Source: Syncephalis fuscata S228 (Eukaryota > Fungi > Zoopagomycota). From it: a DNA stretch of 64,000 nt. The stretch is taken from assembly GCA_025786725.1 (NCBI GenBank), contig JAHLTZ010000037.1, positions 124,001-188,000 of the forward strand, in the 5' to 3' direction. Shown here one piece after another: positions 14,328-26,889 of the stretch (the first letter of the stretch is position 1; the number at the start of each line of letters is the position of its first letter). The notes under the pieces were generated by a model. It was not told where the DNA came from, ran no database searches, and saw only the letters and a list, made by a program, of their open reading frames with translations. The position numbers were made by a program, and so were the translations under genes.

Positions 14328-16702
14328 ATGTACACATCCTCTACAATATACTCTGCCGTTCACGGTGTCGACGGTGTCACGCCGCGTGACGCTTCCCCCA
14401 TTATCACCGCCACCACTACCAATACTACCTCTATTAGTAATGCCCGCCCACTAAACAATTCATCTTCGTATCATCAGCATTCACACTGCCAAGATAATGC
14501 ATCTGCATCAATGCAGCAAACTAGTCATTTTCAAAGTATGGGCCAATCCACCGGTTATACTGCAGTGAATTTTACAAATTCTACCGCGCATCATCCTATG
14601 GAAACAGACACAGATGTTACCCATGAGTCTTCTTTTCCTTCACCGACCAATCCAACTGGAGATGATGGAAACAACACGCCAAGTTCCATGAATCGTGCCC
14701 GATCACCACGACGTGGTACAAAAACCCACGTGGCTAGTGCCTGCTATAACTGTAAACGAGCCCATTTGGCTTGTGATGGTAAGTAAACTGTATGAATATA
14801 CTTAAATATACATACATATAATGCATATATGCATATATAGTATTTGTGGATGTAATAGACAAACAAGTCTTAATATTTACATTATACAAACATTAAATAG
14901 TATTTAATGACAAATTAGCTAACTATTAAATATGCTATTTTTTATTTTTTCTATTTACAGTTAGTCGGCCATGTCAGCGTTGTCGAGCATCTGGTAAAAC
15001 TGACGGCTGCTACGACGTTCAGCATAAGAAGCGCGGCCGTCCTAAGCTTAAGGATCGTAAAACAACTACAACTACTCGTAGATCCTCAGAAGATGTTGGC
15101 CGCTCTACCATGACGGTCACTTCACCTAGTATGGCGGCCGTTGCTGGAACAGTAGCGCTTCATAGCATTCCGTCGTTATCGGCCACGGCGAATACAAATA
15201 ATCTACATGTCAAAGTATCACTGCCCCTTAATTATCCGGCTACAGTAGCACCGCAACCAATTGCCGCTATGCCTTCTGCAACATTTGCTAATGCATCTTA
15301 TGTGTCTAATACAGTGATGGCCACAACGACCACGGCATCTAATCGTTATTGTTCCAATAACGGCTGTTGTTCTCCGGCCCCTTCCAATTCGCCCGTATCG
15401 GTGAATAAAGATTATGAATTGTCGCCGACCAGCTTTAATAACGCTACTGCATATCATCATAATGGATCTGGCATGTCTGTTGATCAAAGTCGTCCATTGT
15501 TTTATGCGATGTCATCAGCGGCACCGTCTCCACCAAGATATCACGATCTATACGATCAAGAACCATCGAGACAGCGTCGTCATGGCTCATTGGAAGAAAT
15601 AACCAAAATTCATTCAATGACGCAGCAATATCCGCATCAACAGCAGCAACAGCGATATCATGGACAGTATCCACAGCTACGATCCATGCCAACATCTCGT
15701 GACCATTCTTATGATCGTCAGCCGTATCCGGTATCACCGCCGTATATTAGTGGTTATGGTACACCTGATGCACTTGCACCTACCCAAGTTGTATCCAATA
15801 AGTTATCGTCATCATCATCAGCATCACCGCCACCACTTTTACCAAATATTAGTGGCAATGTCGATCCATCCCCGCATCTTTATCCTGTCACTAGTGGTGT
15901 ATCGCCCATATCACCACCGCTATCGGCCAATGACTATTCTGCATTGGCACTACGTATGACATTACGTGATTTCCGTATTGCTACTGCATCCGATGCGGCA
16001 ATTGATTTGTGGATGTTCTCACCAATGCAATTGATTGGTATGCCATTAGGCGATTTGGTCCATGCATCGGACCATAATCGTTTAAAGCATATGCAATCGT
16101 CATTAATGCGCACGTTGGCCCAAGTAGCCGGCTTACCAAGCGTTGATTCAAAGTCACCTATGACCGAATCGGCATTAAGTCGCCTCCCAGCTGATGTTAG
16201 TCATCCAACATTCCATCAATTGGCCCAATGTCCCACGCGTAATACGCCGATGGCATTGCATCCAGATACGGTTGGGCCATGTCCACCGGTAGCAGGCTGG
16301 CCATTGGATGCGGTAATTCAGGATTCATTGCATGTACGCGTATGTGGTGGTGCCTATCGATTCTTTAATGTGCGTATGTACATTGGTGGCCCAGGTGTGG
16401 ATATCACACAACCAGATCAATGGAGTCGCGCCTTTGTTGTTTGTGATGTTCGTCCTTTTTCATTGGATGCATCGACGACATCTGGCATGGCCACTGGTGT
16501 CGCTGCAACAGCTACAGCCAATACCACGGCCATGGATACGTGTCCATTACCATTACAGCCACAACGCAGTGCTAACAATCTAATGACTGCACGCCCACCA
16601 GTCGTTTGTCAAGACTTTTTCTCTAGTCGTTTACCAGAACGGCATTTGCCTGCGCCAGCATCATGGAATTTTAGCGGTGTGGTACCGCCCATGACACGTT
16701 GA
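14328..16702 (+). CDS. Zn(II)2Cys6 transcription factor with PAS-like domain (paralog B); exons 14328-14778 and 14961-16702
   Basis: Intron 14779-14960 (GTAAGT...ACAG) rebuilds ACYNCKRAHLACD-VSRPCQRCRASGKTDGCYDVQHKKRGRPK. The C-terminal region aligns with paralog A (VRMYIGGPG...AFVVCDVR vs IRLYVGGPG...ACVVCEVR). Confidence 0.88.
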
Positions 16703-17204
16703 TGAATTTCCCTAAATGCCACTGTAAAGGCTATATTCGTTTGTATACTTTAAGATCTTGTATTTACATTTTTGTTACGTTGTTGTGATATACAACTACA
16801 ACTATCAACACCTTTATCTTGTCTATCGACGTAACAGCTGTTTATATCGGACCTTTACCTTCACTCGTTTCCGCCTCGCCCTATACATATAACAACAACA
16901 ACAACAAGAAAAACCACTTCCTTCCTTATACCACTTTTCTCCTTCATATAATCTGTAATCAATTTTAACTTTTTATATATTTGCATATATTTGTTTTTAT
17001 ACTAAGACCATCCACGCACTCTCTTTCTCACCTTGTTGACCTATCTGTCATCAGTGTCGCCCTGGTTGGTCGGCATGTTTTCTTTACATTTTTTATTATT
17101 ACTACTATTACACAATTACTCTATTCTAACATCAGTTGACTTTTACCGCTACGATCATCACGACCATACCACAAACATCATCATATCACATTACATTATC
17201 ACAT

Positions 17205-17235
17205 TACATCATCATCATCATCATCATCATCATCA
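17205..17235. repeat. (CAT)n microsatellite
   Basis: Seen directly in the sequence. Confidence 0.9.
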
Positions 17236-17448
17236 CTATTACTAGAACAACACACAATTCATACGACAACTATACAATTCTCTATATTAGTATTATCATC
17301 AGTATTAGTATCATCATCAAAAGCTCAGTTTATTCGATTAATGTTACCTTTTCAACTAATGCCAATCCAATTGCTGTTGATGATGTCCTTTCCTTTAATT
17401 GCATTTTATTCCTTCGATTTGCTTCGTGTGGCATCTCCCAAGCAATGC

Positions 17449-17545
17449 CGTTCTCGTTCTCGTTCTCGTTCTCGTTCTCGTTTCTGTTCTCGTTGTCGTT
17501 ATTCGCCGTTACCGCCTTTGTTACCGCCTTTGTTACCGCCACCGC
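17449..17545. repeat. (TTCTCG)n hexamer followed by (GTTACCGCCTTT)n repeat
   Basis: Seen directly in the sequence. Confidence 0.85.
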
Positions 17546-18599
17546 CTCCCTCCGCTTATTGCTCGACCCAGATTCACATCCGCTCCAGTGTATGTGTGGA
17601 TAACAATAATGACGATGCATCTTCTATTTGCTTGCATAATGATTTATTCCAGGTCAATTTGCTACAGCAGCGACTGGGCATACTGATATGTAGAGTTATC
17701 ATTGTTTTTTATAGCTTTTCTCTATACCTTTTATTTGCGTTCACCTTGGTGTATCCTGGCCCTTTACGGCTTGGCCAAGCATCTATATACTGCATTCATA
17801 TATCTACCATTCAATTACGCGTTAATCGACTAGCTCATTTATTGACTTCTTTAGGCTATTAACGTTTATTGTCGTGTAGGCATAATCAATTTAAAACATA
17901 TTGCCATCATTAGTAGTAGTGTTGTTTTGTCGATTATTTATATCAATATAAATTGATAATTAAAAGCAATTTATAGTATACAAAAATGGTTTATTAATTG
18001 TTATTAATGCTATTAGTATTGATGTAATTATTGTTAGCAATTAATGCTAATATCCGATATATGTATTATCATTGTTTGACCACATGTAATGTTAACAAAT
18101 TGTTTAATTACACAGTGTATATCTTAGGCATACCATCATACTAAAACAATGTTGGTTGCACAATAAAATAATTGATATGATATAATATTTAATTATATGT
18201 TAGTGTTATAGGATGTTGATTCAGAAATAAACACTAACAAAGAAGTATAATAACAGTAAACGACAGCCTATAGTGAAGTAATAATTTATTGCTAATTATT
18301 TACTATTAACAGACATGTTTTTAAATGATCATTAGCTGTTGAAAGTAAATACATGTTGGCAAATAGTACAAATGATTGCGTATATTGAAGTCTACAATGG
18401 TGTGTGGCAATTAAATTTATTATTCGTGTAGAATTTATGGGGATGAGTTAGGCGGCAAAACTGATCCATTTTCTGAAAAAGTATCAAGATTACCAATGTG
18501 CCATCCCCAGCTAACGGCGTATACTATGTCAAGGCAACGCAAAATAAGCAGCCTATTACACTTGCATGTGAACCAAATTTAAATTCAAACAACAACGCT

Positions 18600-19300
18600 C
18601 TTAAGTATATCAGGCAAGTTTATATAACAATGGATATGCAATAACTAACAAGTATTGCTACAATAGAATTTAATGAAAGCTTACAAACCGTTTAATAAAA
18701 AATCCTCCGGCTGCTGTACCTACAGGAAAAATCATGATTCCAGAAAACACATGCTATGTTCTACGAGGTTAATGTAAAAACAGATATAGAGATTTTCACT
18801 GTATTCAACAGGTATGTCGAATTTAACGGTATTAATTTGCATAAGAAATATTATTCTAACTTCAACTAATCCTAATGATCTAAAGAAAGTACAAAGTTTG
18901 TGGTGGGTATTGGAGATGGTACAAGTCTTTATTGTTTATATACTATATATTAATTATTATTAGGTCTAGAAGCTTTAAAAAATGAATGGTATGCCGATAG
19001 AGATTGTAAAGGTAAGTACGATAATCATCACTGATGTTTATATTAACAATATCGCTAGATATTTGCATTACCAAAAAAATATGGATTACAATTATATTTC
19101 ATCAATTTCAATAAGATTACTCCAGTAGGACAAGGCATTTCTTATAATATTTATGATATTTATGATAAAATGGATGAGTTTGCTCTAAGCGCTAGTCTTG
19201 TCTTGCTAGTGAAAACGTAAAAGCTGCAATAGCGGAAAGGCTATATAATCTTCTTTTAAAGGGTGGCAATACTAGAGAGACCTTACTAAAGAACTTGACG
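18600..19300 (+). pseudogene. Possible degenerate multi-exon gene remnant
   Basis: Successive donor/acceptor pairs (CAG|GTATGT ~18811, G|GTACAA ~18919, AAG|GTAAGT ~19012) flank short protein-like segments (PTGKIMIPENTCYVLRG*; GLEALKNEWYADRDCK) with an in-frame stop. Confidence 0.25.
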
Positions 19301-19784
19301 AACATATTTATATAAATACAACTTGGGATCAATAGGCGACTTTACAAATTTAATCAATAAAATAGCATTAGGTCCAAGGGGTGAATAGTGGACCTTGCAA
19401 ATAATCAGTGATTATTTAAATAACGTCATGGCATGTTATAATTTGCTTATTAAAACTGTGCAATGTTTCTAATATTGGTATTTGTTTATTAAATAATGAT
19501 ACTTATTGCTTCATCAGTTGCTTATTTAGATTTAAGTGCAAAGGTCAAGAAAATAAGAGTTCAGCTCATTTCTCCGATAATTTCCGGATCATTCCGAGTT
19601 CTTTATGTTTCTCTATTTTTCGGTTACGTGTGCTTCTTTTTTTTACAGTTGTCAAATGTGTTTATTTTTCTCGTTTAAATACACATTTGTTTCTCTTTTC
19701 AGCCTTTCGACTGTTTGTTTGTACTAGAACGCTTGGTTGTTGTTTTTTATTAACGTCTATTGCCTCCGATCTAGTTCTACGACA

Positions 19785-22239
19785 ATGAAGACTGGCGAGA
19801 AAGCTGCAGTAGCACTGGGTGTGTTGGCCCTGCTTGGTGTAGGATATGCCGTCTATTTCGATCATAAACGTCGTAATGATCCAAAGTTCCGTCGCAAATT
19901 AAGTATGTATACTATTTAGCGCAAAGTAGAGCATATCGACAGCATATTGATGCCGTTATATTATTGGTTACAATGATTGATAGAGCGTCAACGTAAGCGT
20001 GCCGAGAAAGACCGTAAGATAAAGAGTGACGTCGGTGAAACGGCCACTGCCAATATCATTGCTTCGGCGTTGGCCCGTTGTGACGATGAGATGGCGCCAA
20101 CAAGTGTTGAAGGCAAAGAGAAGTATTTCATGGATCAAGTAGCACTTGGTGAATCTTTATTGCCTAAAGGTAAGTGAATACGGCATAATCAATTATATAT
20201 ATATATATATATATGTTTTATTAACATGTAATGATGACCACAATAATAATAGGCCCATCGGCATATGAAGATGCCGCTGTACATTTCTACCGTGCTTTCC
20301 GTGTGTATCCATCACCTATGGAATTGTTAATGATTCTACAAAAACATTGCCTACTGAACTATTCCAGATTATTATGGGCATGATGCAATTAGAGGTAATT
20401 TAAAAGCAATAATATTGTTTAATTATACTAATATTTTGTATTTAGATGATGAAGAAGCAAGAGAAATACTATGAACTATTCCCTCCATCAGAAATGAATG
20501 TACGTCTAGCAAAACTTAGTGAAATTCCACAGCCAGATGGTACCAAGATTGTAAAACGAGCTCTTTTATCATCAAAAGGTTTTAAAGAAGGCGAAACCAT
20601 TTTCACGGAACAGCCAACTGTTTCAGCCTTACATCCTAGTCTTGAGGTAAAATAATTAATCAATAAATAATAATGTATATTAATTTGTTAATATTTATAG
20701 GGTGGTCCTTTCTGTACACATTGCTTGCGATTTATTTCACACGGTGAACCATCTCGCTTCTGTACAAGCTGTGGTGACAAGGTGCGCTTCTGTAGCGAGA
20801 CTTGTTATGAAAAGGCACAGTCAAGCTATCATACACTTCTGTGCACTGGAACCCACGCAAATCCTGATGAAAAGACGACTGCCTTGCTCAATATGGCCAA
20901 AGAAGGTGAACAAGTGCTACCGCTAATGGCTGCCCGTTTCCTACTACAAACTGTCCAAGAAGAACAGCGCCGTGTGGCTGCTGGTGAATCCGATGAAGAA
21001 TACGGCGTTTGGGAGCATTTAGAGCGTCTAAAATATCTTGAACTACGCCCGACCGACCAAGATATGAAAGAACGTCAATTGGTACTCAGTGTACTTGAAA
21101 ATAAAGTACCTGGTGTAGCCGACTTCTTTACCGATGAACGCTACATGACCTTAAAGGGCCGTATGCTCTATAATACCTATGCTATTGGTACAAATAGCGA
21201 TGTAGACGGTATTAAAATACCTACTTTTAAGGAGAAGGCCCGTATTGATGACCAACTCACCCGTGTTGGCAGTGGACTCTACCTCTTCTCGTCACATCTC
21301 ACCCACTCATGTGAGCCAAACTGTGCTATTCGATTCGTCAATGGCAAGAATGGCAACGAGCTATCCTTGGTCGCATTGCAGCCAATCACTGAAGGTGAAC
21401 AGCTTAATATTACCTATGTACCAGCCGGTGAAGACAACCATTACAGTGAACGCCAAAAGACATTGGCCGAACAATGGCGATTCCAATGTTCATGTGCTCG
21501 TTGTGAACGTGAAGAAAAGAGCGAGCCACCGCGTGATGCTGAGCCATTACTTGAAGAAAAAACACCAGAAGAAATTGAGAAAGAAGGCGCATCGACCATC
21601 GATTTAAATACAGTGTCATCTACTGAAAAGGAAACGACTCAGCATCAATCGGATAATGATGAAGACGAGGAGATTGTTGCTGAGCCACGTATTCGAAGCA
21701 ACAGTGCTGATCTTAATCCAAATGCACCTGAATTTAAGCCTACATGGGCAACACAAGAATTGGATGCATCAGTTGACACGACTCAAACTGGTTCATCTTA
21801 TGCATCAGTGGCCAGTCCAAAGGTCTATCAAACACATACAAAGACTACGACGACAAAAACAGCACCAGCTGATGACGAGGGTACAAAAACAACAACTGTA
21901 CACGAGTATATGACAGAGACAATTGAAGAATTGACCGAAGAGGAAGCAGCAGCAGCCATTGCTGCCGGTGAAGCAGTTGAAATCCTTGAAGAAGGAGAGG
22001 TAATGACACCAGTATCTGGTAAATCAAATCAAACTTACACAGTGCACAGTCAAGATGATGATGGCAAAACAACGATTACTACAACAACCACTACGGTTAC
22101 TGTAGGATCTGATGAAGATGAAGATGAAGATCATGTTAAAGTATCACATACATCAGCACATTCTGACAGCGTTGAAGCAAGTATGATTGAAGTAACTGAA
22201 GAGGTGGTCGCAGAGGCACGATCAGCTGAGCAACCATAG
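19785..22239 (+). CDS. TOM20: Mitochondrial import receptor Tom20 fused to a SMYD-type split SET/MYND domain and an acidic tail; exons 19785-19902, 19984-20169, 20253-20394, 20446-20646, 20701-22239
   Basis: Tom20 motifs GYAVYFDHKRRNDPKFRRKL, KEKYFMDQVALGE and AAVHFYRAFRVYPSPMELL; SET-N RALLSSKGFKEGETIFTEQP; MYND CTHC..CTSC..FCSETC..HTLLC; SET-C LTHSCEPN..GEQLNITY; post-SET CSCARC. One missing A at ~20340 must be restored to keep the frame. Confidence 0.85.
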
Positions 22240-22496
22240 CCGAATAATCTACCTATCGATATATTATGAATTCCAATTTATTTCCTTTCTTTCTTGGTTA
22301 TTTTTAATTGATTTATAATAAAATAGAAAGAAAGTAGAAGGAAAGAACGATATTGGTGTTTATGTAATAATATTTTTATATGATAGTATAAAAGTATATA
22401 GAATTATAGAATTATAAAGTTATAGAGTTATAAATAACGACGACACGTGTTGATAGGATTATAGAGATATCATATCACACTTCTCTTCCTATTAAA

Positions 22497-24165
22497 ATGA
22501 GTATTTTTACTATAGTATCTAGTTTAGCCTTTGAGAATATCAATATTATTGCAGTGGCACTTTTTTTAATAGTTATTACTATCACTATGGGATTTGGTCG
22601 TTCTTCTGATTTCAATCCAGCTGGCAAGGCAAGTAGTATAATAATTGGCAATACTGAGTCTTTTCTACATAAAGCGATAGTATAATAGTGTTGGCTGGGC
22701 ATTAACGTTTAACGGGTGTTTAGCACTGTTATATTACAGGTGGCAGTACTGGACTTGGTCTAGCACTTGCCAAACAATTGGCAAGTCTTGGTGCTCATGT
22801 CACGATTGTAGCCTGTAAAGAAGCGACGCTTAAGGAAGCAGCCCAGGCTATTAAGGTATAATCAAATATGTTATTAGTATTAGTGTTATTGCTGATGACC
22901 AGCATGCTTATCGCTCTACAATAACGATAACATGTGATTTAACGTATGGCATGCATCTCTATTGACATGTACTTGTATAGGCCGCATGTCAGTCACCGAA
23001 TGAACAGCGTGTGCAATGGATATCAGCCGATGTGGGTATTGCTGAACAGGCCACTGCAGCACTTCATCGGGCAAAGACTGGGTTTAATGGCATGACACCT
23101 GAATACATCTTTACTTGTGCTGGTAAATAGGCTAATGTTATTAATATGAACAAGTATTAAATATATGTGTATATATGTGTATGTGTATGTGTATGTGTAT
23201 GGCTGTTTGTTATAGGTCTTGCTTATCCACGATACTTTGTCACCCAACCATTAAGCGAATTCGAATTTCTTATGCAAGTCAATTATATGGGAACACTTTA
23301 CACTGTACATGTTAGTAACAGATGAAATACACGTTATAATGAGGCTACTATCGATGGAACTAACGTTGGTTTACAATAGGAAGCAACTCGATTAATGGTT
23401 GCAGAAGGTATTCGCGGTAAACTTGTTATGGTCAGTTCAACGCTAGGCTTTCTTGGATTTGCAGGCTATACCCAGTATTCTCCGACCAAATATGCCGTAC
23501 GAGGTAAATAAGCAGTATAGATCTAATAGATAATAGATAATTGCTAATTGCTAATACCTTTTATATTTTATTACTAATTAGCTTTGGCCGAGTCACTACG
23601 TCATGAATTACTATTCTACGGTATCGGTGTTCATTGCCATTTCCCTGGTAATATTGATAGCCCAGGCTATGAAGTTGAGAATAAGACAAAGCCACAATTT
23701 ACACGTGAATTGGACGGTGATAGTGAAGTGAAATCACCAGAAGTCGTGGCCGCTAATTTAATACGCGGTGTACAAAATGGATATACATTTATTACAAATG
23801 AGTTTGAGTCACAAATGTTTCGTGCCTTGGGATCAGGTAATTATTATACTATTGCAATGGAATACATGTTGATTAATGGATTAGGCAATGTGCCGGGTAA
23901 TAATAAACTAATCGATGGTGCACTTGCTATGATTGGATGGGTAAGTGATATGAATAGAGATAGAAATATAAAGTATAACTTAATAACAATAATTATATAT
24001 ATATATATTATAGGTTGCATCATTCTTTTGGAGATCAAGTATTGATAAACGTGCCCGTACTTATGGCAAGACATTGGCAGTGAACATGCGAATTTTGTTC
24101 GTGAACAACTGGCTAATAATTCAAATCAAGGCGATTCACTTGTCGCTGGTATAGCTGATAATTAA
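22497..24165 (+). CDS. TSC10: 3-ketodihydrosphingosine reductase (SDR family), 8 exons
   Basis: N-terminal TM, HCYITGGSTGLG, VNYMGT, VSSTLG, YSPTKYAVR, FPGNIDSPG. First intron is GC-AG (22629-22723). The 3' end is uncertain (24154 as read, or 24165 if one base is missing near 24067). Confidence 0.85.
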
Positions 24166-24480
24166 AGAGGCCACACTTGTGATCGTATGATAAAGATAAT
24201 AGTTGTACTAATTTTCTTTAAATATTATTATACTGTTAATTGTATAATATAGTGGAATAGATTGCAATTAACAGTATAATATTTATATGAAATAAAGTAA
24301 AGTTTTATTAAATCAAGTGTATATTAGCTACATTAATTAACTCTTTAACATATCAATCCATTTTGTTTAATATTAATAATTGAGTCTTTATCCACTTTAA
24401 CTACTTTGTCTACGTTTATTCGTTTTTTATTCTTTAACACTACTACCACTACACTATCACAGTGATATATATAAGCTATA

Positions 24481-25028
24481 ATGGCTGAGCGTAGTTTAAA
24501 AATCAATACCGGCGCGTTAAAGCGGTAAGTAGAATCGTGATGACGCGGCGTTAGAGACTACCAACAGTCTTTAAACAAACAACATAAAACTATAGACTAA
24601 CTAAATGATGACTAGCATTACTAAAGAGCACAAGTACTATATTGCCGAAGCCGAGAAGCAATCAGCTAAGATTGAACAAATGTTAGTTGACAATGCCGAT
24701 CCTTATGACGTAAAGAAACAGGTAAATATAACAAATACAATATAACATGACTAATCTATCTATCTATATCTATATTATCTATAGCGTGAAGTACTTGATG
24801 ATACATTGCAAATGATTCCAGATGCACTACGACGTATTGAAGAAATGCGTGCCAAAGTTACTCAGTTAATAGTAAGTAATAAAAGCCAGAATAACGCTAT
24901 TACAACTATAGTCGTAAAATTAACGTAAAAACTTGCTTTTCTCTTTATAACAATAGAGTGATCCGGATATCGTTGATGAAGCAGTTAAAATTGCTGCTCA
25001 AGAAGCAATAGCAGAATCGAATGAATAG
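24481..25028 (+). CDS. RBL2: Tubulin-binding cofactor A, 4 exons (not in the ORF track)
   Basis: Spliced translation MAERSLKINTGALKR-ITKEHKYYIAEAEKQSAKIEQML..DPYDVKKQ-REVLDDTLQMIPD..; matches TBCA motifs. Confidence 0.88.
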
Positions 25029-25230
25029 TACATATATATATACATATATACAAGTAGTACAATACGTACTTTACTGCGTATATTAATAAAAATACTTGAT
25101 TCATTCATTCATCTCGTTGTTATTCTATCTACACATGTAAAATATTGCCGCGACAATCGTATTTATTAGATCTTTTGCCGGTAGGCCGACTCCCTTAACA
25201 GCACAGCAATGTAACGAAAAGTATTATTAA

Positions 25231-26160
25231 TTAACCAAGTTTACCGGCTGCTTCCATCTCGGCAATCAGTTCATTTAAAGGTGTCAGTTCTTTTTTCTCT
25301 AGTAGATCAAATTCACGGGAGAATGCCATATAGTGCGCAAATAACGAGTTGAAATGGCCTTCCAAGCAAAGATGTATTAATTTGTCGTAGTGTGTCCAGT
25401 AGATATGCGCAAATACACGGAACAGCTGTTTAACACTTGATGGGCCGTCGAGGGGAAGTCTCGGGGGAAATCATGGCCTAAATAATAAAGTTAGTATATT
25501 TTATTATTTATAAACTTAATAAAGCAATGGTGTTTATTTCTATCTCACCATATGTACTTACCGGCACGTGTAGGGAATATAGTCTCGTCATCAAGTAGAT
25601 TCTGAATCCAAGTGGTTACATAATCGATGTAGTGTGGTGCTGGCAATTTGACATTACGGCGTTGTGAATCTGTCCATGTATATTCGACCCTATTAAATGA
25701 TACATAATAGTTATAATAATTATAATAATCATGCTATTAATCAATTAAATCGGAAAATAAAGACTTTTAAACTTACCCAGTGCCTGCGCCCATGACTGAG
25801 CATTCATGCGGTGTACAAAACTCAGATACAGCCGCGTAGAATAAATTAAGATTATGGAAGAAATCAAACGCTGTTATATAGTAGTATTTAGTAAATATAA
25901 CCTTTACTTAATCGCTATTACTTACTATTAGTGGCAAGCCACTCATTCTCGTCTGTGTATTTTGGTAAACCAACGAATTTACGGAAACTGCCATTGGCCA
26001 CGGACGCGTGCACGAATGGCCGTTGTAAAAAGAGTGGCTGCGACGATGGCAGGTCGGGCCGTTTGGACTTTGTCTTGGAGGTCAGCTTACTAGAGATGGA
26101 CGTGAGTACATTGTTATTTTGACTTGTCTACTATCGTTGCATTTACCTGATGAAACTCAT
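25231..26160 (-). CDS. MOB2: Mob1/phocein-family kinase activator, MOB2-like, 5 coding exons
   Basis: PLFLQRPFVHASVANGSFRKFVGLPKYTDENEWLA; YTWTDSQRRNVKLPAPHYIDYV; IFPTRAGHDFP; QLFRVFAHIYWTH..HFNSLFAH. One base missing at ~25432. Confidence 0.88.
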
Positions 26161-26889
26161 GATGAACGCGTGTAATTCAAATAGGCCTCAATCTAATAAA
26201 ATACATAATAAGCAGTATCGTTAGTACACGTATAATAAACTACCGCTACTTTATCGTGGACTGTTGCTGTGGCTGTTTGGTCATAACACGTTACCTGTAA
26301 TAATAATAAACACAAAAGATAGCTGTAGATTCACAGATAGTCACAATAACCGTAGTAAGTTCAAAAGCAAATAACAGCTGGACAACAAAGCGTATAAGAT
26401 GGTGATGGTGTTAGTTGGAAGTGCCGAAAGAAAGATGAAGATAGTGTTCAAGTGTAGTGTAGTGTGAAAGGAAAGTAGTATACGTTCGAGGGGTGTAGTA
26501 TGCACACACACACACACACGTATTTAATTATCTCCGCCCAATGACTTGACCAGCTACTTACCACGTGCTGTAATAGAGAACAGTCTGTGCTGGTTTATTA
26601 TATCAATATGCCATGCGTAAAGAGGGCAGCCATCATCGTAACATCCCAATTTCTATTTTGATATAAAGGACATACATTCATAGATACAAGTAGAGACACG
26701 CGTATCAACACGCATCTACTTGGACACGTGTTGACAAGCACACACACTTACACACACATACCACACACTATACATTCTATTACACATCATATAGATACTA
26801 GATACACAGATACTACTTGTAAACATGTTATTGATATGGAATTCATTTTTATTAAACCATGCGATAAAAAGTCACGCATAGATACACAT

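Noticed and set aside
17033-17862. Overlapping ORFs with RS/EN/His repeats
   Set aside because: Translations of simple repeats downstream of paralog B.
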